Below, in pieces: positions 1 through 12,417 of a DNA stretch of 64,000 nt. Made by a program: the position numbers and the translations under genes. A model generated the notes under the pieces. It was not told the origin of the DNA. It did not search any database and worked only from the letters and a program-made list of their open reading frames with translations. Source of the stretch: Octopus sinensis. Lineage: Eukaryota. The first letter of the stretch is position 1, and each line of letters starts with the position of its first letter. The DNA lies in assembly GCF_006345805.1 (NCBI RefSeq), contig NC_043011.1, forward strand, positions 38,204,464 to 38,268,463, read 5' to 3'.

Positions 1-277
1 GAAGCAGGCTGCTCTAGACAGAGAATGGTGGCCATCAGTTATCCACAAGGGTACCAACACATGCGAGACGAATAGGATCGCTGCTGCAGAAGACCGCAGA
101 CAAGCCAGAAAGAACAGATCTAACAACCCCGTAGCAGGCGCTACCATTCCCTGTCCACACTGTCAAAGATTTTGTCGGGCGCAGATAGACCTCAATAGTC
201 ATCTGCGGACTCACAAAACAAGCCCACCTCCATCCCAGGATTACTAGATGGTCTTCGTCGCATCGACGGACAAACTA
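1..277 (+). mobile_element. 3' end of an RTE-clade LINE (ORF2 C-terminus with C2H2-like zinc finger, plus short 3' UTR)
   Basis: Frame 2..247 reads KQAALDREWWPSVIHKGTNTCETNRIAAAEDRRQARKNR...CPHCQRFCRAQIDLNSHLRTH..*, which matches the RTE ORF2 C-terminal pattern. It is followed by the TCGTCG-cat-CGACGGA terminal hairpin at 255-270. Runs off the left window edge. Confidence 0.85.
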
Positions 278-775
278 TAAAGTGTGTGTTTTTACATGCA
301 TGCATATATAATATATACATTCATACGGATTTAGATGGATAGACAGAAAACTACTCAGACAGACAGGTATTCAGGCAGGGACGTAGGTAGGTAGGTGGTA
401 GGTAGGTAGATATACATTCGCATTGCTTCTGCAGGTAATGTCAGACAAACTCTAGTTGTTTAATGAAATTAACAAAATTACTTTCTTGTAGAAGCCTATT
501 AGTTGTTTAATATACACCACACTAATTAATCCAATTGTGTTTTATCAATATTTGTAATATAGTTAGTTATATCATATTTACTATAGCAATGTCCTCCTCA
601 TACGTCCAATACCGTCTTGATGATAATCTACTCTGTTATATCTATTTGATATCATATGATAGCCAGTTATATACCATAGCAACGTTGTTTCTTCTCTTTA
701 TGCTGTGTCTACTTCAATACCTCTTACAGCGTGTCTCCATTATACAGTTATTTTGGTCTTTTAATTATTCATTAT

Positions 776-1344
776 TTTCTACTCTAGGCACAAGACCCGA
801 AATTTTTATGGAGGTGCGGGACAGTCGATTAGATCGACCCCAGTACTCAACTGGTACTTAAACGATCCCGAAAGGATGAAAGGCAATGTTAACCTCGGCG
901 AAATTTGAACTCAGAACGTAAAGACAGACGAAATACTTATTTCTTTACTACCCACAAGGGGCTAAACACAGAGGGGACAAACAAGTACAGGCAAACGGAT
1001 TAAATCGATTACATCGATCCCAATGCGCAACTGGTAATTATTTAATCGACCCCGAAAGGATGAAAGGTAAAGTCGACCTCGGCGGAATTTGAACTCAGAA
1101 CGTAGCGACAGGCGAAATACCTATTTCTTTACTGCCCACAAGCAGCTAAACACAGAGAGGACAAACAAGGACAGACAAACGGATGAAGTCGATTATATCG
1201 ACCCCAGTGCATAACTGGTACTTCATTCATCGACCCCAAATGGATGAAAAGCAAAGCCGCTCTCAGCGGAATTTGAACTCAGAACGTAAAGACAGACGAA
1301 ATACCGCTAAGCATTTCACCCGGCGTGCTAACATTTCTGCCAGC
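776..1344 (-). mobile_element. tRNA-derived SINE, family B (GGCGAGCTGGCAGAAACGTTAGC head; GTCGACTTTGCCTTTCATCCTTTCGGGGTCGAT core), internally tandem-repeated
   Basis: Reverse complement matches the + copies at 5135, 28619 and 43612. Contains about 2.5 repeats of a ~200-bp unit carrying a GTTCAAATTCC B-box-like motif. Confidence 0.85.
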
Positions 1345-2535
1345 CCACAGCCTTTGTCTTTTAATTATTTATTATCTAGGTTATCTAGGTTATTTATTAT
1401 CTATTTTATATCTGAGACTCAGCCTTTCCTACTACGCCTAGTGTTTACTGAGCCGAAATATTCTTGATTATTGCTTTCATCCTAAGTCATTCCTAGCTCA
1501 AGAAATATATATCCAAAGCGTTCTTTCTGTTAGGGTAGATACGATCTGAATTTAATTTCATGCGATTTTTAACAGGGAGTGAGGACTAGCTGTATGCACC
1601 ATTTTTAGGACACATAACGTAGTTCATGAAATGTGTGCCATTCAGACACTGGATTAGATGTAAACGTATCAAACCGTCATCCAAAATGTGTGGTACTGTG
1701 TCAGAGTTAGAAATCAATATTGTAGATTATGTTACACATAAAAAGATATTGCTACGGATATTGATGAGGATAATGATAATGTTTTTCTCTATCTCCGATT
1801 CGTCTCTGATCGGGCAGAACTACAAAGAACTTATTTGCAGCTATTGATCATATCATCTTTTAATTTTCAGGCACTTATCCAATTTGCTTATATCTCCTTT
1901 CCTGATTTGCCATAACGGCTCCAGAATGCGAGTTACCTTTTTTTCTTTCTTTATATTTGGCTGTTTTTACTCTTTAGATTTTGGCCATGCTGGGTTTTCA
2001 CCTTAAAGGTTTCCATCGAACAAATCTAGTAATTTATTTTTTTTTTACAATATTATTTCATTGGTTTCTTTTGTCGGAGCAATAAGCTAAAGGAGCGTAA
2101 ACAAACCATCCACGCTCGTCAAGTTGTATTCACAACAAATGTACACAAGAATAGGTATATTTATTATATATGTGTGTGTGTGAGTGAGTGTATATATATA
2201 TATATATTTATATAACGGGAAGCTTTATGAAAATAAACAAAGACGAAGGCAGGTGGAAAACAAACGAACAATTGTATTAGTATGGCGCTCAGGAAATATA
2301 AATAAAACAAGTCTTTATATATATATATTTATATATGTATATATGCATACATACACACACATTCGCGCACTGATCTATATATATAAAATAGTGTATATTT
2401 AAACACAAGAGAAAACTGCCTTCAACAGGCAGTTTTTACACGCTAAAAGAAGTAGTCAAAACGACTAAAACGACATTTTAAGAGCAATCTTCAAAAGGAA
2501 TGAAAAATAAAAACTTTTACCTTGTTATTTTATTC

Positions 2536-2608
2536 CGGTCAGACCTAAATTTCTAAATTTTTTATCAAATAAAATAATTTGCTAGGCGAAATTTTTCATC
2601 AGTGACTG
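2536..2608 (-). ncRNA. Degenerate type I hammerhead ribozyme motif with long stem II, in a (TA)n-flanked PLE-like remnant (~2375-2745)
   Basis: Minus strand: GTCA-CTGATGA-[AAAATTT...AAATTTA, ~40 nt]-GAAA-TTTAG-GTC-TGAC. Stem I is GTCA/TGAC and the cleavage triplet is GUC. Confidence 0.45.
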
Positions 2609-2860
2609 CGCCATAACACTAAAATATAATTAAGAGACGATTAACACGTGTCTCTTCGTTATACATTATAATTTTTCAAATTCACCGTGCAAGCGCAGTA
2701 TCCGTCGGCAATGTGTGAAAGACTGCCAAACTAATCTGTTAAACATTGCTAAAACATATACGTAAAATATATATAGGTAGTGAGATTTTTTTTGAAATTT
2801 CACTACCAATGGCCTAGCATGTATAAGAAGTCAATAGACAACATATTGTCAATATTGTAC

Positions 2861-2975
<115 letters not shown>

Positions 2976-3227
2976 GTGAAATAGAACGATGAATAATATG
3001 TAGTAGATTAATCAAAGTTTAACCGATACCTTAGTAGCAAAACACAGCAGTGAACAGCACAAACGATTCTGTTCAATCTGCGTTCAGCTCCATTTCTTCA
3101 ATTCACAATATGTTTTATATATTATATATATATATATATGTTATATATATAAACAGAAGTGAGAGATAGGTAAATAGTTAGGCACATATATATATATACA
3201 TATATTTTTATATATATGTATATATAT

Positions 3228-3621
3228 AGGAGTGGGTGTGTGGTAAGTAGCTTGCTTACGGACTACATGGTTATGGGTTCAGTCTCACTGCGTGGCACCT
3301 TGGGCAAGTGTCTTCTACTATAGCCACGGACCGACCAGAAGCCTTGTGAGTGGATTTGGTAGTTGGAAACTGAAAGAAGCCCGTCGTATATGTGTGTGTG
3401 TGTGTATGTTTGTATGTCTGTGTTTGTCCCCTCAACATCGCTTGACAACCGATGCTGGTGTGTTTACGTCCCCGTAAGCTAGCGGTTCGGCAAAAGAGAC
3501 CGATAGAATAAGTACTGTCTTACAAAGTATAAGTCCTGAGGTCGATTTGCTCGACTAAAGGCGGTGCTCCAGCATGGCCACAGTCAAATGACTGAAACAA
3601 CTAAAAGAGCAACAGAGTAAA
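3228..3621 (+). mobile_element. CORE-type tRNA-derived SINE (OR2-like), near full length
   Basis: Head TGTGTGGTAAGTAGCTTGC...GGTTCAGTCTCAC, CORE-like CACCTTGGGCAAGTGTCTTCTACTATAGCC, internal (TG)n, and tail CCAGCATGGCCACAGTCAAATGACTGAAAC. Many homologous copies in the window. Confidence 0.85.
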
Positions 3622-3662
<41 letters not shown>

Positions 3663-4981
3663 AATACAAAATGGGACAAGAACGCAAAACATCCAAAAGA
3701 CGATACAAAAAACACGGACGGTGTATTCGAAGCCTTTAATCTTCAGTCAAGAACTGGATCATCCTCGCAATTTCGGTTGATTAATCTTGAGATTGCTCCA
3801 GTCTGGCCAGCCCCAAGGAAAATCTAAGCTAAGAGCATTAGATTCCTTGGAAAAACGCTTCGAATGTATACGAAACAAGGACGGGAAAACGGACAATGTT
3901 ATACGAATATAAATACAAAAAAACAATAATAGTAATAATAATAGGACATCACAACAGGAGTCTTTCGACTGGATAATATATATATATATATATTATATAT
4001 ATATATATTCAAATATGGCGTCATCTTGCCTGTCTATGATTCTCAAGTGTTTTAACACCAGGTGCTTTGAGAGACTACTCTATACCACCCCAATAGGCAG
4101 CCTACCGGCAAATACGCTTCAGTTGTACGTTAGATATATGTGGTCGGTAAAATACACACACACAAACACACACACACACACAAACACACCACACACACCA
4201 CAAGCACACACATATACATACACACTCACACACACACATACACACACACACACACACACAAACGCAAACCACAAGCACACACATACACACACACAACACA
4301 CACACACACCACAAGCACACACACACAACACACACACACACCACACACACACACACACCACACACACCACAAGCACACTAATATACACATACCGGGCGCA
4401 CCGCGCAGTATCTGTCTGCTAAATTCACAAAGAATTGTTCTGCACCGAGCTCCGGTATATTTTTGCAGAGGATTTTTGCTCTTCTTATTTCTAGCAATTT
4501 AATCATACATGTAGTAGTTTCCCTTCCTGCTCTTTCGTCATAAACGTGATATCAGGAGTTGGCTGTCTGACAACGTTGTCAGTTAATCTCACCATCTTTT
4601 TGATTTTTTCCAACTAATTAATATCAATAACGCCAGGTAGAACAAAAGATGACACAACAAACAAAATCGTAATTCATGTATATAGTTGTGCAAGGTAGAC
4701 TGATCACAGCAAAGGAATGCTCACACGTACACACGCGTACACACACAAACGTAAACACATACATGTATGTGCGTGTGAGTATGGTGGGTACGTATGCATA
4801 CATATATACTAGATGTGGATATACATATATACGTGTGTATGCATACACATACACGTAAACATTTATACACAGATACACACACAAAAACACATACACGTAT
4901 GTGTCTGTGAGCATCAGTGTGGTATGTACGTATATATATATAGCAAAAGTGGACACACTCACACAAACATATATATGTGTG

Positions 4982-5022
<41 letters not shown>

Positions 5023-5043
5023 CGTGTGTGTGTGTGTGCGTGC

Positions 5044-5086
<43 letters not shown>

Positions 5087-5134
5087 TACGTACATATATA
5101 AGTGTTTTGTAGGAAAAGAGAAAAGAAAAAAGGG

Positions 5135-5514
5135 GGTGAGCTGGCAGAAACGTTAGCACGCCGGGCGAAATACTTAGCGATATTTCCGTCTGGCTTTACG
5201 TTCTGAGTTCAAATTCCGCCGAGGTCGACTTTGCCTTTCATCCTTTCGGGGTCGATGTAATCGACTTAATCCGTTTCTCTGTCCTTGTTTGTCCCTTCTG
5301 TGTTTAGCCCCTTGTGGGTAGTAAAGAAATAGGTATTTCGCCTGCCGATACATTCTGAGTTCAAATTCCGCCGAGGTTGACTTTGCCTTTTATGCTTTCG
5401 GGGTCGATAAATTAAGTATCAGTTACGCACTGAGGTCGATGTAATTGACTTGGTCCCTTTGTCTGTCCTTGTTTTTCCCATGTATGTTTAGCCGCTTGTG
5501 GGCAATAAAGAAAT
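5135..5514 (+). mobile_element. Family B SINE, dimeric
   Basis: GAGCTGGCAGAAACGTTAGCACGCCGGGCGAAAT head followed by two copies of the GTTCAAATTCCGCCGAGGTCGAC...GAAATA unit. Confidence 0.85.
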
Positions 5515-5557
5515 ATGAGATAAAGAAGAAATACAACTCAGTAGATGCGTAATAGTC

Positions 5558-5758
5558 TTTTCTATTCTAGGCACAGGGCCCAAACATTTGCAGGAGGGTT
5601 GCAGTCAATTAGATACACCCCAGTACGCAACTGCTACTTAATTTATCGACACTGAAATGATGAAAGGCAAAGTCGACCTCGACGGAATTTGAGCTCAGAA
5701 TGTAAAGACAGACAAAATGTCACCAAGCATTTTGCCCACCTGTTTCTGCCAGCTCGCC
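5558..5758 (-). mobile_element. Family B SINE (short form)
   Basis: Reverse complement of the family B head and core, tail-to-tail with the 5135 copy. Confidence 0.75.
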
Positions 5759-5890
5759 AACTTAGTAGATGAATAGTAATACTTCATAGATTTATTTTCA
5801 GGAAGCTCAATGTTAGCAGGTTGACTCAAGTGTTTTATGAATACCAGGCTCTTTCATGCAATAGTATACACGTGCTTATATATTCTATAT

Positions 5891-6340
5891 AGGCGCAGGC
5901 AAGAAGCCTGCTTCCCAACCATATGATTCCAGGTTCAGTCCCACAGCGAGTTATCTTGAGCAAGTGTCTTCTACTGTAACCTCGGACCGACCAAAGCTTT
6001 GTGAATTGGATTTGGTCGGTGGATACTGAAAAATAGCCCGTCGTATATATATATATATATATATATATATTTCTAGTTTCAGCTCAGAGCTGCGGCCATG
6101 CTGATGCACCGCCGTTGTATATTATATACGTATATTACTCTATATGTGCGCGCCTTTGTGTCTCGGTTTGTAGCCCCTCCACCTCCCAATTATTGCTTTC
6201 CACCTGGTGTTGGCGTGTTTACGTCCCAGTATCTTAGCGAGTCAACTTGGCTTGTAGAAATAAGTCCTGGGGTTGATTTTTCGACTAAAAACACTTGAAG
6301 GCAGTGATCCATCATGGCCGCAGTCAAACGATTGAAACAG
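5891..6340 (+). mobile_element. CORE-type SINE, diverged, with an inverted SINE-tail fragment (~6070-6125) inserted in its internal microsatellite
   Basis: CTTGAGCAAGTGTCTTCTACTG core and CATGGCCGCAGTCAAACGATTGAAAC tail. The insert TTTCAGCTCAGAGCTGCGGCCATGCTG is a reverse-complement tail. Confidence 0.7.
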
Positions 6341-6462
6341 GTACATTAATGAAAGTCGATAGATAGATAGAGAGAGAGAGGGGGGAGAATTAGAAGAAAA
6401 TTGTGGTATATACAATTATAGATGAGAAATACAGATAGATAGATGATAGATAGATAGATAGG

Positions 6463-6545
<83 letters not shown>

Positions 6546-6558
6546 ACTGACAGATATA

Positions 6559-6598
<40 letters not shown>

Positions 6599-6652
6599 CG
6601 TGACCGACCAGGCTATCAGACATATATATATATATGTATATGTATATATATA

Positions 6653-6910
6653 TCACCGTAACCGACCTGGCTTTCAGATGTTGCTACACATCGCTGGTTA
6701 CAATGCACTTCGCATTGTTTTAGCCTTCAAATGACGTCACCCCGCTGGATAAGCGAGCTGGCCAACAGAAGAATGAGTGAGAGAAAGTTGTGGCGAAAGA
6801 GTACAGAAGGGGTCGTCATCACCCCCTGCCGGAGCCGCGTGGATCATTTAGATGTTTTCGCTCAATAAATACTCACTCCGCTGCCCTAATCACAGGGCTA
6901 TTGCGCCTCC
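6653..6910 (-). mobile_element. tRNA-Arg-like SINE (OR1-like), tail type B, internally deleted
   Basis: Minus strand starts GGAGGCGCAATAGCCCTGTG, shares the body TGAGCGAAAACATCTAAA...CTTTCGCCACAACTTTCTCTCACTC, and has the same tail as the 10220 copy. Confidence 0.75.
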
Positions 6911-6957
6911 ACACACACACACATACACACACACATATACATACATACATACATACA

Positions 6958-6990
<33 letters not shown>

Positions 6991-6991
6991 T

Positions 6992-7025
<34 letters not shown>

Positions 7026-7107
7026 AAGAGAGAGAGAGACAGATAGCTAGATAGATACATACATACATGCATACATACATACATACATACATACGTACAT
7101 ACGTACA

Positions 7108-7143
<36 letters not shown>

Positions 7144-7757
7144 TATATAGACAGATAGCAAGATAGATACATACATACATGCATGCATACATACATACAT
7201 ATATACGTACATACATACATACATACATACATACATACATACTACATACATACATACATACATACATAGATCTATTTTCGCAAATGATTTCCTGTGTATA
7301 AATATAATCGCCTGAGTATACTTCAAATTACCAGATTGAACAAGAACGATTTCATTTTGTCGTACTAAATAATGTATCACGAGATTGTGACCCCCCAAAA
7401 TAGATTTAGAATAAAATTTCATTAGTCTTGTACTAGCGATCTTTCCACTTTCATTCTTATGATATTTCTAATATTAGGCATTTTCATAATAAACATTCTT
7501 ATAATAGAATTAATGAAGAAATACAGTGTCACATTAATCAAATTAAAATGTTTGACAAAAATCGCAAGAAGCGACAATAGGGATAGGAACGCTTCATAAT
7601 AACGTTACGGATTTATCTTGATTGACATAACGAGGATTGACTCCAGTTACTAATGTGTATGCGTGTGTGTGCCTGTGTATGTGTTATGTGTGTGTGTTGT
7701 GTGTATGTATCTGTGTGTTATGCGTGTGTTCGCGCGTGTCTCTCTCTATATGTATAC

Positions 7758-7790
<33 letters not shown>

Positions 7791-7880
7791 TGTATGTATG
7801 TATGTATGTATGTAGTATGTATGTATGTATGTATGTATGTATGTATGTATGTATGTATGTATGTATGTATGTATATCAAA

Positions 7881-8016
7881 GGCAGCGAGCTGACAGAAAC
7901 GCTGGCATGCTGGGCGCAATGCTTTGCGATATTTCGTCTGTCGTCACGCTCTGAGTTGAAATTCCGCCGAGGTCGGCTTTGCCTTTCATCCTTTCGGGGT
8001 CGAAAAATTAAGTGCC
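7881..8016 (+). mobile_element. Family B SINE, 5' part
   Basis: GGCAGCGAGCTGACAGAAACG...TTCCGCCGAGGTCGGCTTTGCCTTTCATCCTTTCGGGGTCG. Confidence 0.75.
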
Positions 8017-8029
8017 TAGAGGAGTAAAG

Positions 8030-8073
<44 letters not shown>

Positions 8074-8111
8074 ATATGTATACATATAAATCAATATGTT
8101 TTATATATATA

Positions 8112-8405
8112 CTAGCAATATCGCCCGGGTTTGTAAGGGAAATAACTATATAAGCATTTCTAGAGAGTTAATTCCCTTATATAATAGCAAAAAAAAATGC
8201 ATTAAAAATGGGAAAAAATGATGGTAAATTTTTTTTAAATCGTAGACTCATCGTATACGCGCGCTAATACCCAGAAGGGCTCGTTATGAATCACGACTAT
8301 AAGATACCCGCTTTTGGTTAAACTCCACCGCAAAATGTGGGAGTAGTTAGGAATCTAAATCGTAGGAGACAGACACTCACACAACTTCACTTTTATATAT
8401 AAAGA
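8112..8405 (-). mobile_element. Non-autonomous Helitron-like element (~294 bp)
   Basis: Minus strand begins A|TC-TTTATATATAAAAGTGAAGTTGTGTGAGTGTCTGTC and ends ...CCCGGGCGATATTGCTAG|T. This gives 5' TC, 3' CTAG, insertion between A and T, no TSD, and a GC-rich subterminal patch. Confidence 0.7.
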
Positions 8406-8439
8406 TGTATATATGCGTGTGTGTGCGCTCGCGGGGGTG

Positions 8440-9300
8440 CAGGATGCGATGAGTAAATTGTCGTCATTTTATAGTTTTAATTTTGCGCATGCGGCTTTTT
8501 CCTGTTGATTTCTCGACTACACTGCATAGGAGGGTAAGCGGAACACCGTCTATGAGAAAAACAGCACCATGACGCAATTCAGTCTCCTAGAAATTTGTAA
8601 ACGTCATGATGCTGTACTGGTTGGAATTCGCAACGGAGGTTCCACTGCTGACATTTCAGAGTGCTTTGGTGTGAATCTAAGGACAGTGAAAATGGAAGAC
8701 ATGTACTGAGAGTGATAAAAATAAAATAATCAGTCAATATCATAGTGTTTAGAGTGATCACTAGCGATGTCGTCGTTATGACTCCATTCATCTTCCCAAA
8801 TGGTCTCACAGTGGCCTACATCAAATACCTACAGGAGGTGGTGCTGCCGTGGGTCGACAGGGTGGATGCTGGAAGACCCTATATCTGGCAACAGGACTCT
8901 GCACCATAACACACAAGTAGGAGAACCCACTTACGGCTGTCAGACAATTTCTGTGACCATATCACCCTTAAAATCTGGCCATCCAACTCTCCAGACTGCA
9001 ACCTCCTTGATTATTACTTGTGGGCACAGTTATGCGAGAAACCAACACAACCCTTTGTAACACTAATAATGAACTGAAGACAAGTATTACGGCGACCGCC
9101 CAGAAGAGTAGCAGGAGATTCCTATGTCTTCTGGGGGCTATTGTTGAAGCCAATGACGATTATATCGCATAAATTTACTCATTCGTATTTCAAGATACTT
9201 TTATTTTTATGCAATTTTGATAAATATATCTGTTAAAATGAGATGTCAATATTATTTTCATTTTTGCATAATGTAAACGACAGTTTACTCACTGCACCAT
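8440..9300 (+). mobile_element. Tc1/mariner DD37D (maT-like) transposon relic, internally deleted, with degenerate TIRs
   Basis: Reads WQQDSAP*HTSRRTHLRLSDNFCDHITLKIWPSNSPDCNLLDYYLW, with 37 residues between the 2nd and 3rd Asp. TIR-like ends are GATGAGTAAATTGTCGT and ACGACAGTTTACTCACTGCACC. Contains stops. Confidence 0.85.
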
Positions 9301-10174
9301 CTGCGCGTATGTGGGGTGGAATTAAAGCTATCATTGGTTTCATGTAAGTAAGAAAGTAAACTAATGTCATAAAAAATATTCAAGCCGATCATATGAAGAA
9401 AGGTGTTCGCCTTCATTTTGGGAAACACGGCCTACGTTAGTTCACGGACGTTGTTATGCATTCTCATCAATAAAACAGTGAATCAAGGGACTTTAGTCTT
9501 GAGCGACATATTTTGAATGTTCGTTTCCCTTGGATTTGCCTTTTGGACAAACTCTTTTGTGGTCAATGTGTTTGCATAAATTAGTTTTTGTTCTGGTGTC
9601 TTATACTTTTGTGCTGAGGTAGTTCGTCATTGGGGCATATTTAATCTGAGTTTTTGTACTAACTGCGTTCCGGATCCCCGTTCAGTCTGTCCTGGTGGGA
9701 TTACCGTCGCAGATAGTGGCTTTTCGTTAAAGCATTTGAGTGTAAATATTGCTTGCATTTGTTGGGGGAGGAAGATTCATCCTTGATATTTAGAAGGGTT
9801 ATTCTGTTGATTCTATAATGTTTAGTTTTTCAGTAATATAGAGTTCACATTTAGTGAACTCTGTATTGATCACAGAAGAGTCTGCACAAAGACAAATACA
9901 AAGGAGAAAAACATTCAAAAGATGCCAAGCAGAGAGTAACATCCCTTGATTCATTGTTTAATTCACGACAATCTCTGGGAACTAAACGAGGCTGTATCTT
10001 CTAAGTGGAGGCGCACACCATCCACCGTGTGACCGGCTTGAAAAATTGTTAAAGTACTAGGATATTTTCATACTTTACTCAAAATTTAATCAATGCTAGC
10101 CTTAATTCACAAATAGAGAAATCGTATCCACCAATGCGGTGTTGAGTACTAATTGTCATTGTTCGACAATTACG

Positions 10175-10207
<33 letters not shown>

Positions 10208-10219
10208 GTGTGTGTGTGT

Positions 10220-10526
10220 GGAGGTGCAATGGCCCAGTGGTTAGGGCAGTTGACTAGCGATCGTAGGATCGCGGTTTCGATTCCCAGACCGGACGTTGTG
10301 AGTGTTTATTGAGCGGAAACACCTAAAGGTCCAAGAGGCTCCGGCAGGGGGTGGTGGCGATCCCTGCTATACTCTTTCGCCACAACTTTCTCTCACTCTT
10401 TCTTCTGTTGGCCTGCTTGCTTAGCCAGCGGCGTGGCATGATTCGAAGTCTAAAACAATGCGAACGCATTGTGACCAGCAGTGTGTAGCAACATTTGATG
10501 GTCTAGTCGGCCACATGATCACGTGA
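10220..10526 (+). mobile_element. tRNA-Arg-like SINE (OR1-like), tail type B
   Basis: A box TGGCCCAGTGG and B box GGTTTCGATTCC, shared body, and tail CAATGCGAACGCATTGTGACCAGCAGTGTGTAGCAACATTTGATGG. Confidence 0.85.
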
Positions 10527-11757
10527 TCTATATATATATATGGGGGGAGGGATATGCAAAAAGAATATATACGTGGTGTGGTGTGTGTGTGTGTGTGTAT
10601 AGAAGTGTGTAAGTATATATATATATATAAATATGTAAGTCTGAAAAATGTACAATCATTTTTTACGCTTATATATTTTGAATTTGGCGTATCACACATT
10701 GTAGCAATTCATAACTGTATATAAACAGGTGTGTGTATCCTTGTGCTTCTTTGTGTGTGTGTTTGTGTGTGTGTGTGTGCGCGACCGCGCGTACATGTGT
10801 GTATATGTGGACGTGTGCCAATACACGCATGCATATATATGTACACACACACGCACACACTCACACACTCACGTATATATATATAGAGAGAGAAATTATA
10901 TACTTGTATGATGCCACCCACTACGTAACGGTTCCAGTCACGCTCTCACTTCACAGCAGACAAAGACTACGCAATTACACAACAAGTGTGCTTACTCAGA
11001 TGAAGAATCTAAGCAATTTCACGCTGCTGATGGCTGAATAAATTAATATTTGAAAACCGTTCTGAATTACAACATATTACGCAATCTCATGAAATGTTAG
11101 TATTAGGTGTGAACGTTGAGAAAGGAAAATACAAAATACAGAGGACTATTAATTTGGATCGGCCAAGTGTCCAAACAATTAGCTACTGATAACGAAAGCG
11201 ACTCATAAACACTAGATAACTAATTAGCCAATATAAAGATAACTATAAGCGAACTGAATAAACCTAGATATATCTTGAGGTAGCTTCAAAAACGAACCAC
11301 CGAAGCGAATGACATTTCTCACAACATCTACAGAGGCGTGAGAAATGTTATTCACTCAAAATAAACTAATAAACGAGCTAACTAAATAACTATGTATATA
11401 TATGTATATATATTTACGTTTATGTATATATATGTATATATATGTGTGTGTATACATTCACACAGATATACATAGACACACATACACACATATGTTTAAA
11501 TTACAAGACGATAGATGTCAACAGACGTTAAGGGTTACATCACGACTCACGTTTCTGCACACCACATCAGATTTAAATTGTAAGGTTCAAATTCATATCG
11601 CATTATATAATATTACTTTCAATAATTACTATGTATTTGTATATTGTTTAACAGCTACATGTAACTACGCCATTAGGGGATATCCTTTAAAAAAGTCGCT
11701 AGAATTTACAGAATTTACTATCTCAAGGACGTACAGTACTCTCCACCTATCAAACTA

Positions 11758-12060
11758 TTACAGCTGTTTCCAGAATATTTATTATATCCCTTCAGCGGAG
11801 ACGATGAAAGGATATAATATATATCCTGGAAACAGCTGTAAGACCTTCTATTTATAAATGTTCTATAATCTACACTACCTTGGTTTTTTTATTTCATTAC
11901 AGAAAAGAATTTTTTATATACATAGGCTGACAGATGATCAACGTTGAACCCCTTATTCGCATAATTACCGAACCAGTAACTTAACTACGGTCCATCTCTA
12001 GCACTTATTCAGCATTAGCTGACACCTTTGGGTCTCAATGACACCATTACCTTCCATAAC
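11758..12060 (+). mobile_element. Penelope-like terminal fragment (family 1) with head-to-head inverted hammerhead remnants at 11758-11844
   Basis: GAAACAGCTGTAAGAC at 11829-11844 and an inverted copy at 11758-11803. Downstream sequence is homologous to 18035-18290. Confidence 0.55.
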
Positions 12061-12071
12061 CCCTCTCTCTC

Positions 12072-12104
<33 letters not shown>

Positions 12105-12220
12105 CTCTCTCCCTATATATATATATATATATAAAATTAATTAAGGGTAGAAATTGATATTTATCAATTAAAACCAGTGGTCTAGCATATTAAAAAATAA
12201 TCCGGAGATCTAAATATTTA

Positions 12221-12417
12221 TATATACCAATTAAGGACTGAACACGAAAAGTGGACAGCCAACATGCTAGATATAGACGTCAAATCGCCATTCTCCACAA
12301 AAGATTAGTCCTGAGTTTGATTTGAGAACATAATCTTTTGTGGAGAATGGCGATTTGACGTCTATATCTAGCATGTTGACTGTCCACTTTTCGTGTTCAG
12401 TCCTTAATTGGTATATA
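12221..12417. repeat. Inverted repeat, ~87-bp arms, 23-bp spacer, in a (TA)n-flanked element (12133-12417)
   Basis: Arm 12221-12307 is the reverse complement of 12331-12417, with one mismatch seen. Confidence 0.9.
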
